A stretch of DNA of 63,090 nucleotides, filler included, from Basidioascus undulatus (GCA_000826855.1; 3 parts of 3 records of this genome joined end to end with filler, not necessarily neighbours in it); one strand, 5' to 3'; shown: positions 10,397 to 23,949, counted from the first letter of the whole stretch. Notes: a model not told the origin generated them from the sequence alone. Numbers and translations: made by a program.

Positions 10397-13275
10397 ATGG
10401 CCAAGGGCCACGTCTACTTCGGCGATGCCCCCGAGGACGCCTCCCCGGCCAAGGCGTCCACCAGCAAGGTCTCCGCCTCCGCCTCCCCTGCCGCCGCCGC
10501 CGCCTCCCCGCAGGTGAACGGCAAGGCCGCGCCCTCGCCGAAAATCAATGGCGCCACGCACGGGCACAAGAAGCCCAAGGTCGTCCACATGCGTCATTCC
10601 GACAGCGAGGACGACGCGCCGAGCACGCTGCGGAGTCCGAAGAAGAAGAAGCGCAAGAGCAGCAGCGGCCTGCTCAACGGCGTGAATGGCAAGGCGGGGA
10701 AAGAGAAGGGCAAGGGCGCGGGGAAGGGGAGGGTGGTCGTGGATGAGGCGCAGAGGGATAAGCTGTTGAAGGGGAGGATGGAGCTCCCTATATGGGCTGG
10801 CGAGTCGTTGCTTTTCGGTTGTGGCCGCTGCGCGGAGTAGACCGGCGCTGCGAGATTGAAGAGGCCTGACTTGGGGATCTTGCTTCTCCAGGGAAGGACG
10901 CCCTCGTCTCTGCTATACGAGAAAACGACTTTACCATCATCCTCGGCGAGACCGGTTCCGGCAAGACGACTCGTGCGTCCCCCTGCTCCTTCTCCTTCCC
11001 CCTCTTCCCTCCTCACCTCCCTACCCCCTCACAGAGGTCCCCCAATTCCTCCACTCCGCCTCCCTCACGCCCCTTCAAATCGGGATCACCCAGCCCCGCC
11101 GCGTAGCCGCGACGTCCCTCGCCTCGCGCGTGGCCCAAGAGACCGGCACGCCCCTCGGCAGTCTCGTAGGCTACACAGTCCGGTTCGAGGACGCCACGTC
11201 GCCCGCGACGCGCATCAAGTACCTCACGGACGGGATGCTCGTGCGCGAGCTGCTGGGGGACGCGGACCTGGGGAAGTACGGCGTGCTTGTGGTGGACGAG
11301 GCGCACGAGCGCACGCTTAGGACGGATATGGTGCTGGGGACGCTGAAGGCGATTGTGAAGCGACGGAAAGAGAAGGGGATGGAGCGCTTGAGGGTCGTCG
11401 TCATGAGTGCCACGCTCGATGCCGAGCGCTTCAGCCGGTTCTTCGATGAGTGCGTTGTTTTCTCTCCCCCTCCTTCACTCTCCTCGCACCCTGACTGGCA
11501 CCCCCACAGCGCCCCCGTCCTCTACGTCCGCGGGCGACAGCACAGCGTGCAGATCTATAACTCGCAGTCGCCCATCTCCGACTACCTCGACGGGGCCCTC
11601 AAGACCGTCTTCCAGATCCACACGTCCACCCCAGCGCCAGGGGACATCCTCGTCTTCCTCCCCGGGCAAGAATCGATCCTCTCCCTGCTGTCCTCGATCC
11701 AGCTGCACGCCAAGGCCCTCCCGGCCGACCGGCAGCTGCTCGTCCTACCCCTCTACGCGAGCCTCGCGCCCGCGCAGCAGGCAAGGGTGTTTGTCCCCGC
11801 CCCGAAGGGGGTCAGGAAGGTCATACTGGCGACGAATATCGCCGAGACGAGTATCACGATTCCCGGGGTCCGGTTCGTAGTCGACTCGGGGCTGGGGAGG
11901 GAGAGGGACTGGATTAGCAGGCATGGGGGGACGGGTGCGTTTCTACCTCTCCCCTTCCCCTTCCTTTCTGCCCGCTCATGCAAATGGCTTGAGGACAGGC
12001 ATCGACTCCCTCCTCATCAAGCCCGTCTCCAAGTCCTCCGCGATGCAGCGCGCCGGTCGTGCCGGGCGCGAGGTGCGTCCTTCCAGCCTCCTCACTTCCC
12101 TCTCCCCCGACCGCACTGCTGACGTTGCGCTGGCCTCAACAGGCGCCCGGCACCTGCTTCCGGTTGTACACAGAGGAGACGTACTTGAGCCTGCGGACGT
12201 CCGCCGTGCCTGAGATCCAGCGCTGCAATCTCACGTTCGCGGTCCTCCAGCTCAAGGCGCTCGGCGAGGAAACGTTCCATTCGTTCGAGTGGATGGACGA
12301 GCCGGAGGAAGACGCCTGTCCGTCCCCATCTTTCCTTTTCTTCTTCCCGCATTTCAAACTGACACGCCGTTCGCGGGCGCAGTGCACTCCGCCCTCATCC
12401 TCCTCTATGGTCTGCGTGCGCTCGACAAGTCCTCGCGCATCACGCCGCTCGGTTTCCGGATGTCCACCTTCCCTCTCGACCCCCCCCTCGCGCGCGCACT
12501 CCTCGCCTCGGCAGAGCACAATTGCCTCTCCCCAATGGTCGACCTCTGCGCGCTCCTCTCCTCCGAGTCGCCCTGGGCCGACACCGGTTCTCCCCGGGAC
12601 GACGAGTCCTCTTCCTCCGCGGCGCGCAAGCGCTTCGCGCACAGGGACGGGGACCACTTCGCCTTGCTCAACGTCCTCCGCGCGTTTGAGGACGTGCTCG
12701 CCTCCTCCGCCTCCGCCGGGGGGGAGAAGGCACACGTCCGCGAGTGGTGCAAGATGAACCACCTGACGGAGCGGAACCTCCGCCGGACGCTCGAGGTGCG
12801 CGCGCAGCTGCGCCAGATGTGCGCGCGCGAGGGCTTGGACTGGCGCCAGGGCGGGAAGGACGATGATTCCGAGCCCGTGCTGAGGAGCTTGCTCGAGGGG
12901 ATGTTCCAGAACGTGGCGCTCCTCCAGCCGGACGGGTCGTACAAGCAGGCGCTGGGGAACCAGGTGCGTTCTTGATCGCTGGCTGGGACCGAGGACGAAG
13001 GGCTGATTTGTGGAGGAGGGAACCACAACAGCCCGTAAAGATCCACCCCGGCTCGCTGCTCCATCTCCACAAGGTGCCTGGGATCATCTACCACGAAGTC
13101 GTGCGTCTCTTTCTCCCTTCCCATCCTCCTCTCCTCTTCACCCCTTCTCCTTTCGCTCACGCGCGGGACGCCCGCGCAGGTCCTCACGACCAACACGTAC
13201 GCGCGCATCGTCTCGTCCATCCACCCGGCGTGGCTCGATGGCGTCGCGTTCTTCAGCGAGCGCTCGGCAGACTAG
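10397..13275 (+). CDS. DHR2: DEAH-box RNA helicase, Dhr2/DHX33-like
   Basis: LPIW, GETGSGKTT, TQPRRVAA, VGYTVRFED, DEAHER, MSATL, GDILVFLPGQE, ATNIAETSITIPG, QRAGRAGRE, HA2 region (GDHFALLN) and VKIHPGS. The K-rich N-terminus fits a nucleolar subfamily. Confidence 0.85.
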
Positions 13276-16200
13276 ATCTAGATGTTGCAAATTGCGATGG
13301 ATGGTGGGATGGGGGAGGGGGGACGCGCGGACTCGCACGGATTTGCAGGGCTGAATGTTGTACCTTTCGCTGTTCCATGGTTAGGTTAGCTTTGACGGGG
13401 GACGAAGAATGAGGTTGGGAGGACGTATTCGTCCACTGCTCGTGGAGGGTAACGACGGGCCTGCCGGTCGCGCACGCCGCGACGCTCTGCACGGCCTTGA
13501 TCTTGTTTAGGCCGTACATGCAGGAGTTTGCGACTGGACGTAAACGACGCAGCTTCAAGCGGTCGAGAAAGAGAAGGAGACCTTACATTAGGACCGGCTC
13601 GAGAACGACCTTCACGACCGGCGCCGAAGCATTTGCGGCCGCACTGGTAGAGCGAAGGGGGAGGGTGATGAAGGTACACGGGGTAAAAGAGAACATCGGT
13701 ATCGTGTGGTGGGTGATTCTGGGTGCGTGTGCGATAAACGATGTTCGATAAAAGTGAATGGGGAGAAGGAAAGAGACGAAACGGCGGCTGCGAAAGCGCT
13801 GTGCCAGGGAGGCTTGATAGGTGCCTCGGCTCAGCATAGCGTCAGTGAAGACTGATATGGCGTCAGTCGACAAGCGGATATGAGTACGAATGGAGGACGA
13901 GACATTCAGATGAGTGAAACAGCGATAGCGAGACATGCGGTGCGAAGCGAGAAGACCACCCATTGAACTCGGTCTTTGATGGCGCATGTGAACCGACGAG
14001 CGACGAATGTCATGTGCATGATCGATGTATCTCGTCCGCCCATTTGCCTACAGCTTACCTAAAGACATCGAGACTCACCTGGGACTAGTTCAAGGTCTCG
14101 CTCTCGTACCTCGCCCACCCATCCGCCCGCACTACGGCACCCCAACTGCTACCCCCTCAACGACCCACCCGCCGCCATCCGAATCCACAGCCGAGCACAG
14201 CCCCAGTCGACGTATTCCGAGCGGCGTCTACGCGCAGCAGCTTAAGGCCGCTCTGCGCATCGGGTAGGCCACGGTCGGCCATGATCGGCAGGTCAGAAGT
14301 TGTCGAGCGGCCGGACGCTGAGGCGGGATCAGGACTGGCGGAGATGTGAATGAGGCAGACAATCAGAGAGAACAGGGGTGAGCGTGGGGTCGGATTGATC
14401 CGGACGATGATGGTGGAGGAAGACAAGGAGCGCGGTCGAGTTGCCGTCGATGTTTGGATGCCCGGACCGCTGGTGTTGACACCTCAGGCGTCCCCCTCTG
14501 AAACCTATTAGGCGTAATGGAAGCTGTCTGAGAGGGCCCAGCTGGCTACGGGCATCAATTGAGTACTTAATCCCTGTTGAGCCGCGGCTGGCCTGCTGGG
14601 CTTGCGACCGCCAGCTCGTCCACATTTTGGCCATGATTGGCAAAATAGTTTCGCGCGCTTTCCCTGCTCGAGGCGTCGTGCTCGCCGTTGAAATGCGTGT
14701 CGTCGCCATGGGATGCTGGCTATAATGCATGGATGGATGGGTGGCTTCCTTTGAGGCTGTTATTGCGACTTGATTCGATATCGAGTAAAACTTTCCCATT
14801 TAAACGGAGCTGCGTGCTCCCACAGTGCTTTTTGGATCATGCCGGCCTCCTTTAGATCTATCTCCTCCCTGTTTGGCTTTCTTTGGTACTGTGGAGCTTT
14901 TTCTACCTGTTCGGATGGATTAGAGACTTCATGCCACCCTGTAATTCCATACCTTGCCTTGCAATCTAGCCTTGGCACTCAACTGAGCTCAGTTACGCTC
15001 CAGTATGCTTTTCTGCGCTTTCGCTCTTTCCACTATCCTTCCGCCCGGGTAAGGCAATATATCCGGGTGGAGCTTGATATAACCTGTTCCTTCTTGGCGA
15101 AATTATTCGCAACCCCAAGTCTGTCCCATGCAGGCCTGCTAGGCAGGGCTTCGTCAACCGCACCCACACCAGCCTCCCTCCTCCCCTTTCCTCTCGCGTT
15201 CCCATCAACATCAAGGGGTATAAGTGGCATGAAATTAAATTGATAAATCACCTCGCTGGAAATCAGAGAATTGAAGTGGATCAGCAAGCGAAATGTGGGA
15301 TGCCAAACCTCCTACCTTAAAACATTGCCTACGCGGCTGACAAGACTTCTGTGAAGGTTCTAGCCGTAGAATACACCTATCTATCTTTTATTACTACATT
15401 AGAAACTCCCCTAAGCTACGGCTAAGCTCCTTCATTGTCTATACGGGCATCAGAAACTATCGAGTTCACGGGAAACCTAATCTACCCTCCCGAGGTTAAC
15501 CGCCTTGAATTGAACGCGTTGCTACTTGCCCAATGCAGAACTTAACTGTATCTAGCTCTATATATCTTAAAAATGTTCAATAATATAGTGGAAATCACCT
15601 CCTGCTTGTCGGGGATGCTGAGTTCTTGTGATACAAGAAAACTAAGGAGAATGAGCTTCTGGCCTGCTCAATCACCAACATGCAGAAAGCGGTGACAAGT
15701 GGTACTTGAAATTTAATGTCAGTATATACAGAATGACTCTGAAAAAATGGGTTGGCTCTGATACAGCGAAGAGGGTGAACCCGAGGGGTCACCACATTTA
15801 CGAGTTGTATAGTTTCGAGGCTCGTTGCACAGATTCGAAATGTGGAGTCAAGGTAGAGTGATTGGGATAAGTGTATCTCAAAATGCAGTGAAAAATATGG
15901 CCAAAAAACAACTGCACAGTCAATTTGGCTTCTAAATACCGGTGGTATTGCCGGTGAAAGTTGGCATGCAATGGCCGTGGAGTACCTACGTCGAGCAGCT
16001 GTTTTGATGACGCAGTGGCGCCATTCTACAAACTCTTGAGGCATTATGAGCAGAAATTCTTGCATTGTTGAATTCGCACAGCTGCACAAAACATGAAGGA
16101 GCGCACAGAAAAAAAAGTCACGAAGCTGAGGAGCGGAAAAGCAAGGCTATGTGCCTCTGCCATGCCGGCGATAGTGTGCCTAGTAGTGCAAACTGCTTCG

Positions 16201-17793
16201 GATTGCTCAACTGTATAATGTCATTATGGATGATCTTGTGCCCACAGTGGCAGAAGAAGCTAGTGCACAGAGCTGATTGAGTGCGTCGGTGCAACGCCGA
16301 TCTTTTCACAAGGCACACACGTCACACAGGTGGTACTGAGGGCCATAAACACAGCAACGTATGCGAATACATTGAGACAGTGGAAGAGTCCGTGCTCCGA
16401 GGTGGAAGGTGGGGGGGATGGAGGTAGCGGGCAAGGGAGGGGTCCACCCGGGGAGGCGAGAGGATGAGGGCCAGGGAAGAACACGGCAAAGATGGGTTGT
16501 TATGGTCGGTCTTAGTGTTCTACAAAGACGCGAGAAAAATCGGAGTAGCGGTATGCGCATTGTTTATGAGGGGGCAAAGGGAGGGAGGGAGGGAGGAAGG
16601 AAGGAATGGCTGAACGGAAGCAGGGGAAGGGGGAAGCAGAAGACAAGGGGAGAGGGAGGGGAGGAGGTAGAGGACGGAAGGGAGATGAGGACATATACCG
16701 GAAAAGTGACAGGGGAAGATGAGCAAACGCAGGAGAGATGGGGGAGAGCGGGAGGGGGTGGAGGAGGCGGTACGAGGAGATCGGGACGGGAGGAAGGACG
16801 GGCGCGAGCAGCGCCCATGGGAAGCCCTAAACACATATCCCCTACTTAGGGTAGAGGACATACATGTATAATCGCATGGAATGTCCTGGACCGGACCAGC
16901 AGGAGAGGAGGGAGCGAGACGGGGAGGGGGAGAGAGGCCTGGACGGTGCAGAGCTCGGTCGTCTGAGAGCAAGCCCGGGGAAGAGCCCCGGGAAGAGCGG
17001 TGACGGTAATTCGGTGCTATGTGTGACGGTGGACGCGAGTAACTACATGCTGCTGGCGCCGAGGGCTGCCGAGGGACGAGAAGTAGGGGTAGTGGGTAGC
17101 AGGTGCTGACGAGCGGGAGGAGCGGGAAGATGCCTTGTCCACGGTTTGTGGCCGGACAATGGCGGACACGAATGTGGAGGCACGGCGGCTTGCGGCAGCC
17201 GATTCAATTCAAAGCGCTCATGCGTGTATGGTACTTGTACTGCTTGCCAGCTGGGAGCTCTTAAGACTCAATCAACAGCTGAGTTTCGCATTAGACCTAA
17301 TAGGCTGGCTGTATAAGGGGACGCCTGAGGTGAGTGTTGACTTGACCCGAGCGTCCTTCAACTCGCATAGAGACAGCATTTGACCTTACCTACATTGACG
17401 TGGAATGCCTGCATGGCCTGCATGGCCTGCATGGGTGTGGGTTCACAGGGGAGGCGCCAAGTCGAAGTACAACCGACAAACAACACCATGCGGCCTCTCG
17501 AAACGTCCTGCCGCCCGTCCGTCCGACACACCACACCAATACGGAGCAAGACCGAAGCAAGAGAGTGCATACTGCATGAGGAGATCGTGTAAACATGGGG
17601 GTAACTAGTAAGGAGCGAGTCAAAAGACGCGAAGATATGATGTATGCCGAGCAGAGAGAGACGAGGGTAAAGCCAAAACGAAAGCGAATAGGGCATCGGG
17701 GAGGATGCGGTCCGGCGCAGCGGACGAGGAAAGGGCGGAAGAGCGGGGTGAAGAAGGGGAGGTGGGAAGGTGGAGGATAAGAATGGAAGCGAA

Positions 17794-19575
17794 TTAGCGC
17801 TGCTGGGACATGTCGGCGAGGTAGTCGGAGAGCTAATCGAGGGGAAGGCAGAATCAGCTACCCTACGCGGTCAGAAGAAACAACGCAGCAAAACGGACCT
17901 TGAGCGCGCCCTGCCTGAGCCCCTCCCCAAGCTGCTGGACGTCCGGGTTCGCCGCCAGACGCTGGACCCAATCCCGTGCGGTCTGCTCAAGCCCCGTGAG
18001 GCCATCGCCCCCGCCGCCCGCGCCGTACTCGTCCTCGTCGTCGCCATGCCCCCCCTCGGGACGGCCAAAGTATTGGTTTGACGAGATGGCTGTCGCGCCG
18101 TTGAAGGACTGCAGACGCGACTGCGCCTCAGCCGTGGCGTGCGCGTCGTACGTCCCGCGCTCGAAGTACATGTCGGAGGAGATCGCTGCGGATGAAGGGG
18201 AGGGCGTGAGACGGGAATACAAGGGGGAGGGGAAGGCGAGGGGGTTGGTGTACCTTTTTGGCCGCCGAACTTCTCCCGCGCGGTGGTGGGTGAGTCGTCG
18301 ACGTAGGATCGGGAGGTGCTGCGAGTTTAACAGGGCGTGAGCTGGGGGGCGCGAGAGGAAATAAGAAGGGACCAGAACGCACTTGACAACCTTCTGCACC
18401 GGCGCTGCCTTGACCTGTCCGAAGCCCAACCTCGCAAACTGCTGCTCGACCTTCTCCGTCCCCCTCGACCCGGCGGCCGCGGAGCTTGCGCCCGCGCTTG
18501 CCTTCGTCCTGCTCGCGCGCTCGGCCTCCTCCGCCTCCTTGCGGATGCGCTCCTCCTCCTCCTCCCGCTTCCGGTCGTACCCAAGGCGCTTGATACGCTC
18601 CTCCTCCTCGCGCGCCTTGCGCTCCGCCTCCTCAAAGTTCAGGGGCGTACCAGCCTTCTTCACGCCGAACTTGGACGCGCCCAGCTTCGAGGGGCGCGCC
18701 GCGGGCTTGGCGCCCCCAGATGGCGTCGAGGAGCGCAGGGACGAGGAGGAGACGGTGCGCGGGCCGGGCGGCTTGGACGCGGCGGTGGAGACGAGGGGCG
18801 TGGAGGTGGGGCGGCCGAGCACGGGCGGCGCGACGCTCGCGGGCTTCGCCGCGGCGGGTTTGGGGGCAGCAGGCTTGTCCCAGCTGTCGAAGAAGTCCTC
18901 GTCTGCTGACCCAGCCGGGGTCTGCGCCTCGACAGACACGCCGTCCACAACGATCTTGCCCGGGTTCCTGGCCACGCACCATCATCAGGAACCGTACCGG
19001 CCCGACTTCCAGAATGCGAAAGCGACACGCACTTGGCCTCATCCAGCCGCACCCGCTTCGCCAGCTCTTCCTTGTACTTGCGCGCCGCCTCCGTCTGGTA
19101 CTTTGCCTTGATGTCGCCCGACGAGCCATTCGCGCCGGCGGCGTACTGCCCCGCGCCGTGCTTGGAGAAGAAGTCGCGCGCGGCCTGGTTCCCGCCGAGC
19201 TTCATCGTCCGCAGCTGGGCGGTGGACCATTGGTCGAGGTTGGTGGAGCTGTTGCCACGAGGGTCAGGTGGGGATGGGAAGGGAGAAGGCGCGGAGGGAG
19301 ACGCACCGGACGAAGGAGATGTGGACGCCCATGTTCCGGTGGACGGAGGAGCAGTCCAGGCAGATGTACACCCCAAACGTCGCCGACGCCCATGTCGGGT
19401 TCTTTGCCGGGCAGTCGAAGCACACCTGCCACCGACACCGAGCGCACGATTCCACGTCAGGCCCTTGCCTGCCCGACAGCTCCGATCCTCAGCGCACCTT
19501 GTTGGATTTGTCGGCCTTAAAGTGCTTGAATAACAGGTCCAGCTCCTGCCGCGTATATTGATGGTCGGACGACAT
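17794..19575 (-). CDS. GLO3: ARF GTPase-activating protein Glo3/ArfGAP2-3
   Basis: [13 protein letters not shown]...[27 protein letters not shown] zinc finger. Two Glo3 motifs ([17 protein letters not shown]). Ends [12 protein letters not shown]. Confidence 0.93.
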
Positions 19576-20613
19576 GACGGGCGAGGTGAGCGGGCGAGGA
19601 GGAGGCAGTGAGATGGCGGCGCGAGGGAAGACGCGATGCGGGTCGAGGCGGTCGAGGCGCGTGGCAACGAGCTCTGAAATGGCTTTATCGCCGAATGCCT
19701 GTGCTGCAGGGCCGCGTTTCTGCTGCTTTCCCTGTGGGCGGCCTACAAGGATGTTTTGAATGTACTATTTACGGGAAGGTGATCTTGGGAAGCAGGGTGC
19801 AAGAGCGCAAACAGACGGTGAGCTGCTGGAAGCCAGGAATGGCCTGCAGCCGACTGCCCCCTTCCCCTTACCCATCAAGCGATATTTAGGGTTTTGGGAG
19901 TGCTCCTGTGCATCCAAAGTTTGCTTATACAATTCAGATAGGCAGTACTGTTCAGACGATGGCAGCAGTGAGTGCTGCTGCGTCTTCGTTTGCTGGCTGG
20001 CTTGCTAATTAGACTCTCCGGCTTCTTGAACAACGTTGTTTGAGATTGCCCTGTAGAACAGAAATCACTCTTATTCTTCCTTTTCATAGCCTGAATTTCA
20101 AGAGGTGAAGACAACGATGCGACAGGTTAGAAACAGACTACTGGGGTTGCATTGAAGTTGACCCGAATCACAGCAGCTTCGGCTGTCTTCCCTGTGTGCA
20201 TTCTGGATGCATCCTGAATCACATTAACCTTACAGACATGTAAGCGCGATATTCGGCTGCGAGGTGGCACACCGACCGAGGCAGCGAGCTGGGACCAAGA
20301 AGCGTGACCCAAGTGACGGTGCCCGCCGGCAGTCGCGCGCCTTGACTGCCATCCTGGCCTTCTTCCCCACCGCCATCGTCGTCCATCTCACGCTCCTCCC
20401 CCGCCCCGCCGGTACACTGTATCTGGTAATTCCCCATGACTCCATCACCTCCGCCGCGCTGCTCGTCGTCAGGCGTCTGCGCAGATGAGCGGGAGGGAGA
20501 CGCGCGCGCGATGTGGAGGACGAGGGTGCTGATGGCAAGCTGGAATGATGGGTCGCGCAGGTTTGGCACCGACCCAGGATTCCCCTTCTTTCCACCCGAC
20601 CACAATCTCCGCT

Positions 20614-20969
20614 ATGAATCGAGGTGCGCACCACCCACCGCCCCCGTCTCCTACGCGTTCCTCTGCATGCTGACCCTTGCCCCACCCACGTCGCTTCCCT
20701 TGCCTCGCAGGCCAACAACCACCGCAAAGACCGCAGGCGCTCAATCCGCCGGGCATGCCGTTCCGACCTCCGTACGGCCCACCGTACATGGGCGCACCGC
20801 GGGGGGCCGGCTTCCCGTCCCTACCTCAGCCCTCCGCGCGGCCGGCCCAGCCGTCTCCAGGCTCGTACCTCTCCGGCGCCGTGCGGGGCGGCTTCCCCTT
20901 CTCGGGCGCCACGCCAGCCGGAGCACCGCCGCAACCCGCCCAACAGCAGCAGCAGCAGCAGCTCCTCCC
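20614..20969 (+). CDS. 5' part of a Pro/Gln-rich protein, probably CCR4-NOT subunit Not2 (cut by contig end)
   Basis: ATGAATCGAG|GTGCGC...GCTGAC...GCAG gives MNRGQQPPQRPQALNPPGMPFRPPY...GFPFSG...QQQQQQQ, which resembles basidiomycete Not2 N-termini (from memory). The NOT box is not visible. Confidence 0.5.
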
Positions 20970-21069
20970 NNNNNNNNNNNNNNNNNNNNNNNNNNNNNNN
21001 NNNNNNNNNNNNNTTAATTAATTAANNNNNNNNNNNNNNNNNNNNNNNNNNNNNNNNNNNNNNNNNNNN
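20970..21069. other. Artificial contig linker (N44-TTAATTAATTAA-N44)
   Basis: 100-nt N block with a six-frame stop cassette at 21014-21025. Confidence 0.99.
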
Positions 21070-22187
21070 CCTCTTTTAACCCTCCGCCACGTCCCCCCTC
21101 CTCCTCCCTCCCCCTCTCGCACCCCCTCTTCCCGCGCCATCCCGGCTCCCCCGGCTCCCGCGCCCGCAACCCCAGGCAAGCCCCTCACGGTCGCCGAGCG
21201 CCGCGCCGCGAGCGAGGCGCGCATCCGCGCGCGGCTCGCCGCTGCTGGGTCGGGCTCTTCTGGGAAGGAAGGGGAAGGGTCGAGCAGCCGCCCGAGCACG
21301 CCCGACACGCCCAGCTCGGAGCAGCTCAAGCGGCGATCGACGCTCAGTCGGCTGCCCCAGGTTGCGGAGGCTGTGTGGCTGTACGTTTCCCTCTTCTTCC
21401 CTTCCCTTCCCTCTCCTCCTTACGTTCCTCCTCCCTTCCTTCCTTCTTTCCCGTGCTGACTCCCTCTCCCCAACACAGGTTGTTCGCCCCCTCCTCCTCC
21501 TCCTTCTCCGGCATCCCCTCCTCCCCCTCATCCTCCGCGTTCGGCACGCCCCCCTCGCCCGGCGCTGCGGCCGGCTCTTCCAGGCGCAGGCGCGCCCGCC
21601 CCCTCGCGGAGGTCGCCCAGACGCTGGTGAAGAGCTCGAAGACGCCGATGTCGATAGGTCCGTCTTCTCTTTCCCACTTTCCCTTCCTCCCCATCCCGTC
21701 TCCTCCCCGTCTCTTTCTCTCTCCTGTCTACTGTAGGAACTGACTGGCGAATGGTCCGACAGCCGAAGCCCGCGACTCCCTCCACCTCCTCACCATCCTC
21801 TGCCCCACCTTCCTCCGGCCCCTCACAATCGACCGCGTCGAATGGCTCGAAATGCCCACCTCCTCCTCCTCTTCCTCTTCCCGGAATCTCCCGCCCGCTG
21901 CCCCGCCGAGTCCACTCGCGCACCCGCTGCTCGCGCAGACGACCCCCCGCGGTGGCGCCCGGGAGGCTAGGACCCCTACTCCGTGCGCGAGGGCGACGAC
22001 TCCCCCTCCCGGCGCCTCGCCCTCGGGAAGGTCGACGCCCCCGCCTAGCCCGAGACGGGGGACCGCCCTTGTGGGCCCGGCCAGCCCGGGGAAGATCCTC
22101 GGCCGCGGGCCCCCCGGAAGGGGGGGCGCGCTGATGGGGCTTAGGGAGGTCAGGGAGGTTATTCAGAGGGAGCTGGCGCGGTGCTGA
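21070..22187 (+). CDS. CDT1: DNA replication licensing factor Cdt1-like, C-terminal part
   Basis: EQLKRRSTLSRLPQVAEAVWL|LF...RRRARPLAEVAQTLVKSSKTPMSI|AEARDSLHLLTILCPTFL...EWLEMP...GLREVREVIQREL*, matching the basidiomycete Cdt1 C-terminal winged-helix pattern. Confidence 0.75.
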
Positions 22188-22404
22188 TGGGGGGTACAGG
22201 AATGCCTGCTATGTGTATTATGTGTTGCGTTCGTGTAATTGTTGGGGAGGGATGAAAAGGGAATGCATGCCATGCTGCTTTATTGTAAATTACTTCGCGT
22301 TTTGCAGGTTGAGTTCCCGGCTGTTGCTTGTTGTGACCATACACATGCCGCTCGTGAGCTGTGAGCACGGCCGGGCCCGGGAAGCAAATTTCTCTGCTCA
22401 GAGT

Positions 22405-23767
22405 ATGGAGGAGTACGCCGCTGTCGAAGGGCGGCTGATGAGACTCCTTCAGCGGCCCCGGGTTCTCGAGGAGCTCAGAGGTCTCCAGGTCCGCTTGTGG
22501 TGCGAGTCCCAGGACGAGGACATGTACTTACGACTCTTATCCTGCGTAAAGCGCTTCTTGCCCTGCTTCCTTGGCTCCACGGCCTTCGCACTTTCCGCTT
22601 CCGCAGCGGAGGGCACTTCCACATCAAGAACGACGTCGCTGTTCTCAGTGCACTCCACTCCTTGCCTGACCTGAAATCCAACATCCAGGAGAGCGAACTC
22701 GGGTGGGTCCATGAATGCCTGGTATGTATCGGGTGGACTTCGCTCATGCAGCAGGCCCCCAAGCAGATTCTCGAACCGTCTCCCCGGTCCTACGCTTGAC
22801 TTCGGTGATTTCTCCTCGCTCCGTTCGCTCGAACACTTCGGCACTCTCGCACATGTCGAGGACGGCCGTAAATACCTGCGCCTACTTAAAGGCTTTCGCT
22901 GTCTAGCACTCCCCCATGTCCAAATCTCTGACGAGACACTACCTTCGATCGAAACCGATTCTGTGGCGATCTTTCCGAACGGCACCCAGGGCCGCGTCCG
23001 CTGATACCTCACTTCGGGAAGGCCCATAGTATCGCTCGACCTCTCGGGTTTGACCAAGCTTAGGATCAGGGGCGTCTTTCTGGACGGTTGGAGCATTGAA
23101 CACCTCTTTAGGTCTTAACCCAACGGGCTCGCACCTGGGCGCCTCACCACGCTCGATTTCAGCCCTTTCGTTTCCCATTCGAATCTCCGAAGGATTCTTT
23201 GAGGGGCCCGGCGACTATCTTACCTGCAACGGCTCACATCTGGAGTGTTGGCGGCTCGGCATTGGCCGGCTCAGGCTCAGCGCTGTAACATCTCCGGAAG
23301 ACTCTGACCGCGACTGGCAATGCGTGGTGCTTCTTTCCTATCCGCATTGTCCTCATTGCCGAGGTTCGCTTGCGTTTGAAACCGGCGGCCTTGATGCCGG
23401 TGCTTTTACACTGGAGGCGAGCTTCTCCGAGTCCCTCCCAAGGCTCGAGCATCTCATTCTCCTGTGTGGTGCAAACGCCGAGGACAAGATAACGTATAAG
23501 AAGCCTGTCCGTCTAGGTCAACAGTTGGACGGGCGTTGCTTCGGGGTCGCTACTAACAAGATTATCTGCCGCCCTCCAGTGCGAGTGCATCGAGAAGGCG
23601 CTGTGCGGCTTCCGAAACCTGGCGACCTTCCGGTTCTACCAGGCAAAGTTTCTGGATACCTTCAATGCAAATATGTTGTTCCCCGCGATGGTTTGGCAGC
23701 GTCCGGGACTTCGGGCTCTTGCGTTGAACGACACGGCGGATCTCTGTCCAGACGGTCTTGTGCGTGA
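22405..23767 (+). pseudogene. Degenerate LRR (RNI-like/F-box-associated) gene
   Basis: LRR-type segments (LHGLRTFRF, LRSLEHFG, LTKLRIRG, LPRLEHLIL) in shifting frames. Confidence 0.4.
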
Positions 23768-23949
23768 GGAGATCCCGGAGCGGGGCTGCGGGGGGACGCC
23801 TGGACGAGGGTGAGGTGGTTGGACGAAAAGCGATGAATGCGAGGCAGTGTACTACGCTGGGCGCTCTCTTTTGGTCGACGATAATATGCATGACACCATG
23901 ACTACCACGACTGCACCGCTGCCTGAATGATATATAGCGCTGTTTCTGA

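Noticed and set aside
17407..17433. (GCCTGCATG)3, and similar short repeats at about 30437 (GGCGCAGCA)3 and 61870 (CAATT)3
   Set aside because: Ordinary short tandem repeats with no spacers, so not CRISPR-like.
21014..21025. TTAATTAATTAA palindrome as a biological site (also at 42080-42091)
   Set aside because: It sits in the centre of N runs and is a synthetic six-frame stop linker.
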